Shown piece after piece: positions 41,607 through 57,946 of a DNA stretch of 64,000 bases. Under the pieces are notes generated by a model. That model worked only from the letters and a program-made list of their open reading frames with translations. It was not told the DNA's origin and made no database searches. Both the position numbers and the translations under genes were made by a program. The first letter of the stretch is position 1. Each line of letters opens with the position of its first letter. The DNA is from Eledone cirrhosa (Eukaryota): positions 53,444,001-53,508,000 of the forward strand of contig OZ024748.1 of NCBI GenBank assembly GCA_964016885.1, written 5' to 3'.

Positions 41607-41885
41607 GGAAGCATGTGGCCTAATGGTAAGGGTGTTGACTTATGGTTATAATATCGTTGGTTTCATTACTAGACTGGGTTGTGTGTTGTGATCTTGAGGA
41701 AAACACTTTATTTCACGTTGCTCCAATATATTTAGCTGAAAATGAGTACTAACAATAACTGGAATTTTAACCCTAAGATGGACTGGCATCTTATCCAGGA
41801 GAGAGTTTGTACTCTCAGTCGCTTCACGCCACGAAAACTGGGATAAACACCCTCCTGATGAGCCTCAGGATTCAAGACAGACTTT
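41607..41885 (+). mobile_element. SINE family B
   Basis: tggcctaatggtaaggg..cttgaggaaaacactttatttcacgttgctcc; tail shared with 6467. Confidence 0.8.
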
Positions 41886-41892
41886 TTTAAGA

Positions 41893-42087
41893 ATAATTTT
41901 TTCTACTTTAGGCACAAGGCCAGCAATTACCCCCAGTGCATTACTGGTACTTTATTTTATCGACCCCCCCCCCCCCCGTATGGATGAAAGGCAAAGCTAA
42001 CCTTGGCAGGATTTAAACTCAGAACGCAAAGGGCCATAACTCTATGTTGCAAAGAATAGTGTTTGGTGCTCTACTCATACTGCCAAT
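41893..42087 (-). mobile_element. SINE family A
   Basis: Consensus-like sequence with an expanded poly-C. Confidence 0.85.
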
Positions 42088-42524
42088 CTCCAAACAACAC
42101 TGCTTAAATTGAATGAGATGACATTTTGTAAAGAATATTTATATAAACTAGAGTTGAAAAATGTTTGGCTTTTTTATTTATTTATTTCTAAAGGCTTATT
42201 TTAAAAGGGATTGAAAGGGGTGGATGGAGTGGGGTGAGGTGTGGTGTGGTGGGGTACACAGAGTGACAGCATTTCTTTACTTTTCAGTTTCTAGTGGGTG
42301 GGAGGGTGGGTGAGGGTGATAGTAATTGTCCATCTTCCTTCTCAATGTCACCTTCATGGACATTAGGTGTACTGCTAATTACAAAGTCATTTCATCACTA
42401 CTTGATGGTTGTTGTTGTTGTTGTTGTTGTTGTATTATATTTCACAAGTAGCCACCGCTCTCCTCATCCCCACCTCCTGCCATCAAACACACCTATGATC
42501 TAAGACAACCAAACATCTCATAAA

Positions 42525-43355
42525 GTCTGAGTTCAAATCCCACCGAGGTTAACTTTGCCTTTCGTTCCTTATGGAGTCGATAAAATAAAGTACCAGAATT
42601 ATTTCTACTCTTTGCACAAGGCCAGCAATTTGAAGGTAAGAGGAAAGTCGATTAATTCAACCCAAGAGTCTTACTGGGACTTTATTTTATCAACCCTGTA
42701 AGGATGAAACGCAAAGCTAATGTCAGCAGGATTTGAACTCAGAACATAAAGGGATGTAACTATATATTGCAAAGTAAGTTGACCAACACTTAACCGATAC
42801 TGCCAATAAGATAATAATAATAATAACAATAATTGTTTCTACTTTTGGCACAAGGCCAGCAAATACCCCAGTGCATTACTGGTACTTTATTTTATCGACC
42901 CCGTAAGGATGAAAGGCAAAGTTAACCTCGAGGGGATTTGAACTCAAACCGTAAAGGGCCGTAACTCTATGCTGCAAAGCATGGCGTCTGACCCTCTACC
43001 GACACTGCCAATCCACTGCCGTAATAATATTGTTTCTACTTATGGCACAAGGCCAGCAATTACCCCAGTGCATTACTGGTACTTTATTTTATCGACCCAG
43101 TAAGGATGAAAGGCAAAGTTAACCTCGACTGTAATAATATTAATAACAATAATGGTTTCTGGTTTAGGCACAAGGCCAGCAATTTGGGGAGAGGAGAAAG
43201 TCGATTAGATCAACCCCAGTGTTTTACTGGTACTTTATTTTATTGACCCTGTAGGGATGAAAGTCAGAGCTAACCCTCAGCTGGATTTGAACTCAGATCA
43301 TATGGAGCCATAATTGTAGGCTGCATATCATTCAACGCTTTACCAATACTTCCAA
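42525..43355 (-). mobile_element. Cluster of 5 family A SINE copies/fragments (one +, four -)
   Basis: Copies at ~42525-42597(+), 42597-42806, 42830-43020, 43028-43128 and 43150-43355. Confidence 0.88.
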
Positions 43356-43393
<38 letters not shown>

Positions 43394-43499
43394 TGATGAT
43401 GATAATAAGGGTGATAATGATGTTGGCAGTGATGATGACAACAGGTAAGTAAGTAGTTATAAGTATTGATCATATCAGATCAATATCCTACTTATAGAG

Positions 43500-45450
<1,951 letters not shown>

Positions 45451-45724
45451 CCTTCTTTTACCCATTATTTTATATGTTCACATCTTATCATTATTTACAA
45501 ATTTATTATTGTCATTTAAAAAATATTTCATCCAATATATGTTATGAGTTCAAGCCCCAGCCGAGGTTGATTGTTACCATTAATTACTAAATTAACCCTT
45601 TGATTATCATCTTCCTAGTGGTGGAATGGCAGTATTAGTGGATTGGCAGGATCGGTTGAGCATCAGACAACAATTGTGGCATGTAGTTACGCCACTTCTT
45701 CATCGTTGTGTTAACAATAACCAT

Positions 45725-45860
45725 AATTGTTTCTAATTCTGGCACAAGGCTAGCAATTATACCAGTGTATTACTGGTACTTTATTTTATCGACCCCGTAA
45801 GGATGTTAGACAAAGTTAACCTCAACGGGATTTGAACTCAGACCGTGAAGGGACGTAACT
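45725..45860 (-). mobile_element. SINE family A
   Basis: ctggtactttattttatcgaccccgtaagg..tttgaactcag. Confidence 0.85.
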
Positions 45861-45989
45861 CAATAACAATAATGATGGTAAACATACATGTACACCATGT
45901 CCAAACACACAGGCGTCAAACTCCCACTGTCATCACCTCCATCTCTCTCGCCCTCCCCATCTCTCACTATTATGAGAAAATAGGGTCCC

Positions 45990-46190
45990 ACACAGACAGA
46001 ATAGAGAAGGCGTTTCCCAGAGGATGGTGAGGGCATTGCGCTACAAGAGCCATTCCATCTCGCTAGGCTCACACCTGCGGCTCGCCAACTCAGCGCCTAT
46101 GATGGTAAGTAGAGTGGTAGCCCTAGGGCCAAGGACACCAGAAGTCTCCACTGCTAGGGGCTCGACTGCAAACCTGTTGCAAATCCTGTT
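45990..46190 (-). mobile_element. CRE-like non-LTR retrotransposon RLE-domain remnant
   Basis: RFAVEPLAVETSGVLGPRATTLLTIIGAELA..EMEWLL*R..GNAFSIL matches the recalled P.AVET.G..G..A / QR.S.A.QRGNA motif of CRE-clade ORF ends. Confidence 0.75.
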
Positions 46191-46324
46191 GATGTTAGAT
46201 TTGTCTTTCATCTTTACATGGTTGAATAAATAAAGTACCAGTAACACACTAGGGTCGATTTAATTGACTTTCCCTTCCCCCAAATCGTTAATTTTGTGCC
46301 TAAATCAGAAACAATTATCATTTG

Positions 46325-46502
46325 GGGAATTGGCAGTATTGGTAGAGAGTCAGACATGCTTCCCAGCGTAGTTACGTCCCTTTACGATCTGAGTTCAAAT
46401 CCCGCCAAGGTTAACTTTGCCTTTCATCCTTATAGAGTCGATAAAATAAAGTACCAGTAATGCACTGGGCGATTGCTGGCCTTGTGCCTAAAGTAGAAAC
46501 AA
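46325..46502 (+). mobile_element. SINE family A
   Basis: ttggcagtattggtagag..gagttcaaatcccgcc..gtagaaacaa. Confidence 0.88.
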
Positions 46503-46744
46503 ATATGTTCCTAATGAAAGACACAAACTATTATTTTGAAAATAATCAAGAATTTGGATTGATTTTGTAATATAGGTATTTATTTATTTATTTATTTATT
46601 CAATTCAAATGTCCGTATAGAGCTAGTAAGCCATGGCAGACAAGGGGAAGTATTGAGTAAACTTTAACTTTCTCATTATTAAGCTGCTTTTTGGAACATA
46701 ACTTAACGGAGGTTCTTACATAAAATTATGATGGAAGGCTTTGA

Positions 46745-46861
46745 GATGATGTTGTTATGGTTGATGTTATTGATGCTGATCGTGATGTTGATGATGATGA
46801 TGATGTTGATGTAGCTGTTGATGATGTTGATACTACTGCTGCTGCTGTTGTTGCTGCTGCT

Positions 46862-46892
<31 letters not shown>

Positions 46893-47145
46893 TTGTTGTA
46901 GCTGTTGCTGTTGTTATTGATGTTGTTGTTGTTGTTAATACTGTTGTAGTTGTTGTTGCTGTTATTATTGCTGTTGCTGTTGTTGTTATTGATGTAGTAG
47001 TAGTAGTAGTAGTAGTGGTAGTAGTAGTAGTAGTAGTTGTAGTAGTAGTAGTTGTAGTAGTAGTAGTAGTTGTAGTAGTAGTAGTATAGTAGTTTTAGTA
47101 GTAGTAGTAGTAGTAGTAGTAGTTGTTGTAGTAGTAATAGTAGTT

Positions 47146-47178
<33 letters not shown>

Positions 47179-47340
47179 TAGTAGTAGTAGTATAGTAGTA
47201 GTAGTAGTAGTAGTAATAGTATAGTAGTAGTTGTAGTAGTAGTAGTAGTAGTAGTAGTTGTAGTAGTAGTTGCAGTAGTAGCAGTAGTAGTAGTTGTAGT
47301 AGTAGTAGTAGTAGTAGTTGTAGTAGTAGTAGTAGTAGTT

Positions 47341-47382
<42 letters not shown>

Positions 47383-48023
47383 TAGTAGTAGTTGTAGTAG
47401 TAGTAGTTGTAGTAGCAGTAGTAGTAGTAGTAGTAGTAGTATAGTAGTAGTTGTAGTAGTAGTAGTAGTAGTAGTTGTAGTAGTAGTAGTTGTAGTAGTA
47501 GTAGTAGTAGTATTAGTAGTAGTAGTAGTTGTTAACATTACATGTAAACCAATTGTCTTCTGGTTACTAATAAATAGAAATAAATAGAAATAATTAAAGG
47601 AAACAATAAGTCAACAAGGTTTGTTTGTTTATTGGTTTCTTTATTTGTTTGTTAGTTCTCTTGTCTTCCTTCGCTTTACATACCCCACCACCACCACAAT
47701 TGCCACTACCACCACCACCATCAATACCACCACCACCACCACCACTATCACCACTAACACCATCACCACCACCTCCACCACCATCACCACCACCTCCACC
47801 ACTATCACCACCACCACCACCACCACCACCACTATCACCAGTAACACCATCACCACTACCACCACCACCACCATCACCACCACCAGCACCACCACCACCA
47901 CCACCACTATCACCACTAACACCATCACCACTACCTCCACCATCTCCACTGCCACCTCTGTCTCCTTTCTCAATCACTCACTCTCTCTCTCTCCCTGCCT
48001 CTGCTTCTCTTTAGATCTGTCAC

Positions 48024-48080
<57 letters not shown>

Positions 48081-48182
48081 TTCTATCTCAACCTCTCTCT
48101 TGGTCTCTCTGACTCTTTATCTGTCTCTTTGTGGGTTTCTCTCTCTCTCTCTCTCTCTTTATCTCTATTTCAGCTTCTCTCT

Positions 48183-48270
<88 letters not shown>
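46745..48270. repeat. (GTT/GCT)n, (GTA)n, (ACC)n and (CT)n tracts
   Basis: Direct reading. Confidence 0.95.
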
Positions 48271-48274
<4 letters not shown>

Positions 48275-48372
48275 TGTACACTTCCCTAAGACATTCCTTT
48301 ATGACCCAATACAATATCAGGTCAGTTTTGTGTCAGTTTTCTTGGTGTTAAACACATAAACATTCATAAAAG

Positions 48373-48665
48373 ACACACACACTGGCTAAACACATGACAC
48401 ACACACTGGCTAAACACACATACACACACTGGCTAAACATGACACACACACTGGCTAAACACATGACACACACACTGGCTAAACACACATACACACACTG
48501 GCTAAAGATGACACACACACACTGGCTAAACACATGACACACACAGTGGCTAAACACACATACACACACTGGCTAAAGATGACACACACACTGGCTAAAC
48601 ATGACACACACACTGGCTAAACATGACACACACACTGGCTAAACATGGCACATACACACACACTG
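48373..48665. repeat. ~20-24-bp minisatellite (acacacactggctaaacatg)
   Basis: About 12 copies. Confidence 0.92.
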
Positions 48666-49442
48666 AGTAAACAGACATACATACACACACAGTGTAAAGA
48701 GAGAGCACACACACACACACTAGGTAAATAGATAGACATACAGACAAACAATAACATGCAGAAAGGTGAGCACCTTTACATACATACATACACATATACA
48801 TACATACATACATGCATACATACATACACATATACATACATACATACATACATACACATATAGTTACATACATACATACACACATACATACATACATACA
48901 TACATACATACATACATACATACATACATAGTTACATACATACACATATATATACATACATACATACATACATACATACATACATACACATATGGTGGCT
49001 GCAAAACTCGTTTTCGAGTACGGCCACTACTTTATATCCATGTAGGAGAACCCCTACCGATGCGCTGAACGAGTGTGACTCCCCCCCCCCTACCCCAGTC
49101 CAGCCAGCGACTTGAAAACTCTGGAACAAACACTACACTTGTGACAATTATTGACACATAGTGCTGGGCCCATGGTACCATGTGACGACAAGTGCAGAGA
49201 GATCTCCAGATATAAAGCAATGCATATAGATACATACATACATACACATATAGATACATACATACATACTTATATAGATACATACATACATACATACATA
49301 CATACATTAGTTACATACATTCATACACATATAGATACATACATACATACACATATAGTTACATCCATACATACATACACATATAGATACATACATACAT
49401 ACTTATATACGTATACAGACATATACACAAATATACATACAT

Positions 49443-49497
<55 letters not shown>

Positions 49498-49668
49498 AAT
49501 TAAAACAAATATTTTCAATAAAATTTCACTAAAATTTTTAAATAAAACAAATTAACAAAAAAATTGAGTCGAGAATAGAAAAATCTTTCGCAAATTTTAA
49601 ACAATTTTAAATAGAAATTTAAATATGAAATAAATAAATATGTAAATAAATAAAATAAATGGAACAAA

Positions 49669-49701
<33 letters not shown>

Positions 49702-50587
49702 AAATAAATATAGACAATAAATAAATATAGACAATAAAACAATATATATTGATATATAAAAAAGAAAAAAATTAACATCATTGTTAACGTCATTGTTGTT
49801 GTTGTCATTATTGTTGTTGTTATTGTTGTCGTTGTTATTGTTTTATTGTTTTAGCTTTCTTTTTATTTCGAAAATTTTAATTTAAATAAAAAAGCAAAGC
49901 GAAAGATTTTTTGTCAAACTTCTTTTTTTTATTCATTTTTTTTTTTGCTTTTAATTTTATTTTTTACTTTTTTTGCTTTTAATTTTATTTTTTACCTTTT
50001 TTTTTTTACTTTATATTTTTTACTTTTTACTTTACTTTTTTCTACTTTATTTTACTTTTTAATTTTAGTTATTTTCGTTCTGTTTTATTGAATTTGTACT
50101 TTTTTTTTCAATTTTGTACTTGTTTTGTTTTTTTTGTTGTTAGTATTGTTTCTTTTAAAATTTTTCTAATTTTGATTGAAAAAATATATCCCATTTTGTT
50201 TTAAATGTTTATTGAAATTCTCAATTTTGTTCAAATTTTTCAATTAATTATTTTTGTGTTATTCTTTTACTGGTTTCATGTTCAGTCTGTGGCCATGCTG
50301 AGGCACTGCCTTAAAGAGGTTTCGTTAATCCCATTGACCCTTGTATGTATTTATTTTCAAGACCGGTTCTTATTTATCAACAGTCTGTTTTTTTTACAAA
50401 ACATAAACACAAATATAAACACCCTAACCGTATATATATATATATATGAATATATATATAGCCATGTCAGTAGAATGAACACTTCATTCTTGCTCTTGTG
50501 TTGGCATGCGAACAGAACTGCAGACACTAATGTTTCTGGGTATCACTCTTCATCAGTGCATAATTGCAAACAAATCGAATGTTATTA

Positions 50588-50772
50588 TTGGATTGGCAGT
50601 ATTGGTAGAGAGTCGGACACCATGCTTTCAGCATAGAGTTACGTCCCTTTACGGACTGAGTTCAAATCCCGCCCAGGTTAACTTTGTCTTTGATCCTTAT
50701 GGGGTCAATAAAATAAAGTACCAGTAATACACTGGTTAATTGCTGGCCTTGTGCCAAAAGTAGAAACAATTA
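50588..50772 (+). mobile_element. SINE family A
   Basis: Near-consensus copy. Confidence 0.9.
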
Positions 50773-50868
50773 TTAATATTAAAAAAACTCAGATTACATT
50801 TATTGTATTCAGCCATGTAGAGCGAAATTTTTTTTTATTTCTTTTTATGTATGTATATATATATATAT

Positions 50869-51196
50869 GGAGACACATGGCTTACTGGTTAGAGCATTGG
50901 CCTTGCAATCGAAAGGTTGTAAGTTCAATTCTCAGACCGGGTGATGTGTTGTTTCCTTGAGCAAGACACTTTATTTCACATTGCTCCAGTTTACTCAGCT
51001 GTAGAAATGAGATGATAGGACTGCGGTCCCTATCATTCCACTGTGGAGGTGCCACGGCAAAAAAAAGCACCCAGCCCACACTGTAAATGAGGTTGGTGTT
51101 AGGAAGGGCATCCAGCTGTAGAAATCAAGCCAGAATCAGTTCCCGTCCCACCCTTGCAAGTAGGGAAAAGCGGACGTAAAATGATGATGATGATGA
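50869..51196 (+). mobile_element. Composite SINE (family B head plus shortened family C tail)
   Basis: Sibling of 13255; ends (GAT)n. Confidence 0.88.
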
Positions 51197-51274
51197 TACA
51201 GGGTGTCTCCAAAAAATGTATACACACTTTTATTAGAATGCTGTTGAAGTATGTATATATGGGGGCACCATATA
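51197..51274. mobile_element. Tiny Tc1/mariner-type MITE (decayed right end)
   Basis: TA-CAGGGTGTCTCCAAAAAATGTATACACACTT..; same internal attagaat as 51495. Confidence 0.65.
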
Positions 51275-51494
51275 TATGTATGTATGTTTGTATGCATATA
51301 TGTGTGCCTATATTTCTATATATGTATGTATATATGTATGTATGGATGGATGGATGTATATATACATTTTTTAGGAGTCAAAGTACTCAATACCATTATG
51401 AAAAGGGACTATGTAATGAGAAATTCTGACTAGTGTCTTGCAAAAACTTAACTTTGAATAAACAATATATATATATACATATACTGTATATATA

Positions 51495-51576
51495 TACAGA
51501 ATGTCCCCCAAAAATGTATAATGCTTTGATTAGAATTCTCTTGAAGTGTGTATACAATTTTTGGGGACACCCTGTA
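51495..51576. mobile_element. ~80-bp Tc1/mariner-type MITE
   Basis: TA-CAGAATGTCCCCCAAAAATGTATA..TATACAATTTTTGGGGACACCCTG-TA; TIRs with TA TSD. Confidence 0.8.
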
Positions 51577-53488
51577 TATACATGAGTGTTACAGCACCAT
51601 AGCATGGCCACAGCCTGCAGAATTGATCAGGCAAAAGATTAAAAGCATGTATATGCATGTGTGCATCTGTATGTCTGTATATATACATGTGTGTGTGTAT
51701 GTCTGTATATATATACATGTGTGTGTGTGTGTGTGTATTAGTGGTGATTGAAGGCAAAGGTTTTTCTTTATTTTTCATCAAATATTTATTATATTTTTAT
51801 ACATTTATTTGAAATTTATCTATTTAATTTCATTTCATCTTATCTTTATTGAAATTTCCTATTTTTCCGAAAAAGAAAAAGAAGACACCATTTTTAAAAA
51901 TAACTTTTGTTTTTATTATTTTTTATATTTTATTAAATTTGTTTTACATGTGTTTCTGCTTGTTTCAATTTTTAAAAAAATATATAAAAGATTTAAAAAA
52001 CAATTTTCTGCTATCGTTTTTCGCATTTGTACTTCTCTCTCTTTGTCAATTTCTCTCTCTTCCTCTTTATCTGTCTCTCTCTCTGTCTTTGTTTCTCTCT
52101 CTCCCTATCTCTTTCTCTGTTTTTTCTCTCTATTTCTCTCTCCCCTTCCTTTTCTCTCTCCCCTCTCTCTTTCTCACCTCTCACTCTCTTCCCCCTCTAC
52201 TCTCTTCCCCCTCTACTCCTCTCTTTCTCACCTTCTCACCTCTCACTCTCCCCCTCTCTCTCTGTCCTCCCCTCTCCTCTCTTTCTCATTTTATTTTATT
52301 TTATTTTAAAATGCTCGAAAAATCTTTCTATTATACATACACATGTATATATATATGTATATATATAGACACATATATATATATAAATATACATATATAT
52401 ATACATTTGAAATATTATCTCTGTATCTCTTTATCTATTTACAAATAAATAAAGACATTTGTTTGGCTGTTTTTGTGTTTGTTTGTTTTCTGTTAATTAA
52501 TTCTTCAGTAATTTATTTGTTATTTGTCTTTCGTTTTTTTTGTTAATAGTTTATTGTTAATTATTTCTTTAATTATTTGTTTATATATTATTTATTTATT
52601 TATGCATACATTTTAAAAAATTTTGTCTATGTATTTATTTTTATATTATTTATTTTAGTCATTTTGTCTTTATTATTTATTTTTTGTTAATTGTTTATTA
52701 ATTATTTTTTAATTATTTATTTATACATTATCTATTTATTTATATATGTATATATTATTTATTTATCATTTATTTTCTTAATTGTTTATTTGTTATTTCT
52801 TGTTTGTTAATTGTTTTATATTAATTATTTTTTAATTATTTATTTATATATAATTTATATATTTATTTATATATAATTTATATATTTATTTATGTATAAA
52901 TATATTATTTATTTATTTATAATTTATTTTGTTAATTGTTTATTATCAATTATTTTTAAATTATTTATTTATATATATTATTTATTTATTTAGGTATATA
53001 TATATTATTTATTTATTTATAATTTCTTTTGTTAATTGTTTATTATTAATTGTTTTTTAATTATTTATTGTATATATATCTTATATATTTATTTATATGC
53101 ATATATTTTATATATTTATTTATATATTTATTTATGTATTATTTATTTATTGTATATATATATATTATTTATTATATATATTATTTGTTTATTTTTGTCA
53201 TATGAGCTTATTTCCTCCTTCCTCATTACCATTTTCAACTTTTATTCTTTTCTAAAACATCTTTATTAAATTTTAAAGATCGAGCTTTTTGATTTTGATT
53301 TTGATTTCATTAGAAAAATTAAAACATAAAACCCCCCAAAAAAACAAAAACATAAGAAAACTAAACAAAATGGACTCCAAAAACATTTTAAAATTTTATC
53401 TTCCATTTATATATTGATGCATATTATCTTTATTACTACTACTACTATTATTATTATTATTATTATTGTTATTAGTAGTAGTAGTAGC

Positions 53489-53522
<34 letters not shown>

Positions 53523-54317
53523 TCGTTAACATTGTCATCTTCATTATTATTAGTAGTAGTACTCTTGTTATTATTTATATTATCATTATCATCATTTGTT
53601 ATTGTTATTTATATTTCTACTCGATTTTTGTGTAACCCCCTTTCCCGCTGTCCCCGTCTATTGTATTGTCCCCTATATGTCGGCCCTTGTGGCCAATAAA
53701 TGAAAAAAATTATCATCATCATCATCATTATTATCATTGCCATCTTCAGTATTATTATTAGTACTATCCTCCTCCTCTCCCTTCTCCTCTCCCTCCTCCC
53801 TCTCCATTACCATTCCTCTCTCAGTCAACATTCCTACCTTTTACCCGTCCACCATTCTTCTCAGAAACTTTCATCTCCTCAATTCTCTCACTTCATCTCT
53901 TTTGTCAAACTATTTTCTATTCTTCACCATTTCTCTTCTATTTAACACAAACAATATTACATCTCTCTCTCTCTCTCTCGTTCTCTCTCGCTTTCTCTAT
54001 GTCTCTCTCTTTCTTTCTCTCTCTCTCTCTCGTTCTCTCTCGCTCTCTTTCTCTCTTTCACACACACAAACACACTCTCTCTCACTTTCTCTATGTCTCT
54101 CTCTCTCTTTCTTTCTCTCTCTCTCTCTAGCTATCTATCTCTCTATCTCTCTCGCTCTCTTTCTCTCTTTCACACACAGAAACACACTCTCTCTCACTTT
54201 CTCTGTCTCTCTCTTTCTTTCTCTCTCTATCTATCTATCTCTCTATCTCTCTCTATCTCTCTCGCTCTCTTTCTCTCTTTCACACACACAAACACACTCT
54301 CTCTCACTTTCTCTATG

Positions 54318-54353
<36 letters not shown>

Positions 54354-54741
54354 TCTCTCTCTCTATCTATCTATCTCTTCCTATCTCTCTCTCTAAGTTC
54401 ATTTTAATTCTTTGGATTTTTCTTCAATTCTTTGTTTTTTAACATTTGGAGCAAAGGCTACTTTTTTTTTTTTTTATCACTTTCTTTCTTGTTGTTGTTG
54501 TGGTGGTGGTGGGGAGGGAGGCAAGAGGGAGGGTCCAAGGGATTTCCATCAGGTTCATCTTTTGGGTTGTTGTTTGTTGTGGTAGCTCTTCTTCTTCTTC
54601 TTCTTCTTCTTCTTCTTCTTCTTCTTCTTCTTCTTCTTTTCTTATCAATGTTATCATTCTCAGGGTCAACTTAATTGACTTTCTCCATAGTTTTCTACCA
54701 AATGTAGAAACAATTATTATTATAATTAGTAATAGCAGCAA

Positions 54742-54780
<39 letters not shown>

Positions 54781-54914
54781 TAGTAGTATTACTGTCTCTT
54801 TAATTCACAATTTGTTTACAGCAGTTGACATGCTTGTCAGTCAGAAACAACATCTAGCAAGAGACAGTTAGGACTAAACAATTACTTATTCAGTTATATA
54901 TATATGTGTGTGAT

Positions 54915-56060
54915 ATCATCATCATCATCATCATTACCATTTTATGTCTGCTTTTCCATGCTAGCATGGGTTGGATGGTTTCTTTCCAGCATAGCATCTC
55001 TCCAAATGTTTTGGTCCTTCATCATCTCTGTGAGGTTCAGTGATTTGAGATCGGCTCTGATAATCTCTGTTCAAGTCTTCCTTGGTTCCCCCAATACCAC
55101 AGCTCCCTTCTGCTGGGATTTCTTGGCACGTCTTCACCCAATGTTCATCATCCACACACACACATCACATGGCCATACCAGTTCAGTCTTCTCTCCTACA
55201 CACTAAATCTGATTCATCTTATATCCAGCCTCTCAGCTCACCAATGCTTTACTTTTCACATATGTTAACATTGCACATCCATCGAAGCTTGCTTCATTTC
55301 TCCCCAGCTTCCTATTATCTTCTACATTCACTGCTCATGTCTCAGTTCCATAACATCACACTTCATACACAAGCATCATACAGCTGGCCATCCTTTCATA
55401 GAGAGAAACCTTTTGCTGTCAACAGAGGTAGCATCTCTCTGAACTTTTCCCATCCTGTTCTTATTCTAGATATTATTCTCCTGGGGCAGCCTCCTCCCCA
55501 ACGAATCTGCCTGTCACATTTTTTAATGGTTGTTAAAGTCAATCTACCTTGTGTGTTTGCCTGAATTATAGGTGATCAGGTGGCTGACCAATTTCTTGAA
55601 ATGAATGTTGCAAATAGTTCACTTGCATCACAGAAGCCTCTAAGAGCCTCACTCCTTTTTCATTTCTTAATCCATAACCATACTCCACTGTACCCATCCT
55701 GGTACTACCCATTGAAGACACCAGCTAGGATGATGAGGTCTCTGATATCTATAATGGAGGTTGTCAGTAAAAGTTGCTCCTAGAGGCAGCTCTTTTGTTC
55801 CTTACTTAGTCCTGCTTGTCGTGTTGTAGCTTGAGATAATTGTCATTATCTTATTACCTATGACTACTCTGAGTTTGATAATTCTGTCACTTACTCTAAC
55901 TACTTCAATTTTCTTATCTATCCACTTCTCAGCTAGTAGAATGCCAACCTTGCCTGCCCAGAAAAACCTTTACCTGCATAATTTGCCTGTAAGTAGTCTT
56001 GCAGAGGTGCCTCGCCATCCTACCTCTTGAATAAAGCATACATCCACTCATCTTCTCTCA
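54915..56060 (-). mobile_element. Old, internally deleted RTE-clade LINE (APE endonuclease joined to the C-terminus)
   Basis: Minus strand: VDVCFIQEVGWRG..FFWAG.VGILL.EKW and ..FKK..SHLITYNSG..IDF (endonuclease), then GGGC..SRIRTGWEKFRE.LPLL..KGFSL (C-terminus) and a (GAT)n tail; many stop codons. Confidence 0.75.
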
Positions 56061-56198
56061 TTCCAGTTCTCTTTGCTCTGTGTTAAAATTTCTCCGAAAT
56101 CAACTTTGACTTTCAGCATTTTGAGAACGATAGAGTATCAGTCCAATATGGGGTCATTTCTTCCTCTATATCACTTTCTCTCTTCCTCTAGAAATAAT

Positions 56199-56380
56199 TG
56201 TTTCTACGTTAGGCACAAGGCCAGCAATTACCCAGTGCATTACTGGTACTTTATTTTATCGACCCCGTAAGGATGAAAAGCAAAGTTAACCTTGGCGGGA
56301 TTTGAACTCAGAATGGCAAGGGCCGTAACTCTATGCGTCAAAGCATGGCGTCCGACCCTCTACCAATACTGCCAATCCAC
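56199..56380 (-). mobile_element. SINE family A with 11-bp TSD
   Basis: TSD ctagaaataat at 56188 and 56380. Confidence 0.92.
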
Positions 56381-57946
56381 TAGAAATAATCTGTTGTGTT
56401 CAGACAAAGAGAGGAGATGGGCTCCACCAGGTTAAAACAAAATGTCCAGAAAACACGGCATGTCACCGCGGCACCCCAACGACTCCCCCGGGGGTTACGG
56501 ATTCATATATATAGATGGTGAATAAATGGCAAGGAAAGTGAATAAACTGGAATACAGTAAAGTAATTTAGAAAAACAAGTTCAGCTGAAGTAAAAGACGA
56601 TTGGTGAATAAAAACTTGCCAATGTGTGACCAAAACAATCGGACAATTCACAAAACGAAAAACAAACAAACATCTAGCAGTATTGAACAAGTCTTTTCTT
56701 AACACTTTTCAGTTTCAAATTTAACCTCGATAAATCGTAGTTACCTCCCTTGTCCGAAAGACAATGAACTGGCAAAAATGAAAGTATTAGCGAATATCTA
56801 AACAACATAATGTTATTTTTTTTAACGGCCAGCAATGTCTCTTTTATTAGAAAACTTATCGCACCTGCAGAGAATTTTTAACGAGAGCCAGACGTAATTT
56901 CACAAGTTAACTACAATAACGAACACTTTTCGACGGTTTTGAAAGCCATATTCATTCAAACACACACCATAAATAATAGGAAAAACAAAATATCACTTTT
57001 AAACTCGAGAAATCCGAGCGTGAACTCCATACAGCCAATTATTTAAAAAAAAAATACTTTCCAATGGTTTTGAAGATCAGCTTCGTTTAAAAGACACACA
57101 TAACAAGAAAAAATTATATATATATATATATATGTGAAAACATAATTTTCACCTCCAGTTCAAGATGGGTGTAAATGGAAAAATTATTGTATTTTTTTTT
57201 TTATTATTGTGTGTGTTATCTAATCACCCCACCAAGTTATGTAAGTCTGGTTGTAATTTCCCTCGTTAATTCATATACGAAAACATCATTAGCAGGGAGA
57301 TGTTATCTGTCATCTAATTTAGCCCTGCCACCGGACAAATTCAATCTGTTGCCTCTTCTGACCATTTCTCCGCTCTGATGTCGACTCGGTATTACGATGG
57401 AGTGTTTCTTACTTTCATCTATTTCTTAATCAGTTTCTTTGTTTTAAGAAATATAATTTTATTAGAACGTTTTTGGAAATTAGTAAACGTGTACATGTTT
57501 TTAAATTCTTCAAAGTATTGAGAATTGGAAAATTAATATTGCTATTCGTACAGACACCTGCACCGTCGTTATTCGGAGTTTTAAAATGGCCACCACAAAA
57601 TACTTATTTTGCAGTTTTTTGGCTTCTAACCAGTTTATAATTTTAATGAAGTACGCTTATAGCTATATTCTCTGGTTAATGGAGTACATTGAAAACCTTA
57701 AATTACTATTCAGGATTATAGAAAAGCCACAAACGAAGGTAATTGAAAACCATTGTCTTTATATTTTCATATAACTGTTTTACGTAATAAATGTTGTAAA
57801 TTATGTTGAAGTTATAGTTTTGGGGTTTTAAAGCTAGAAAAGTACTTGTTATTTATCAGGCTGGATTAAAAATTTTATACACAGGTTCCCGTTCCTGAAC
57901 ATGATTTCAGGGAACTTAACTGCTGTTCTGAGTGTTATTTTCGTTA

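Noticed and set aside
41850-41885. CTGATGAgcc as a hammerhead core
   Set aside because: No downstream GAAA or stem III; part of the family B SINE tail (compare 6690)
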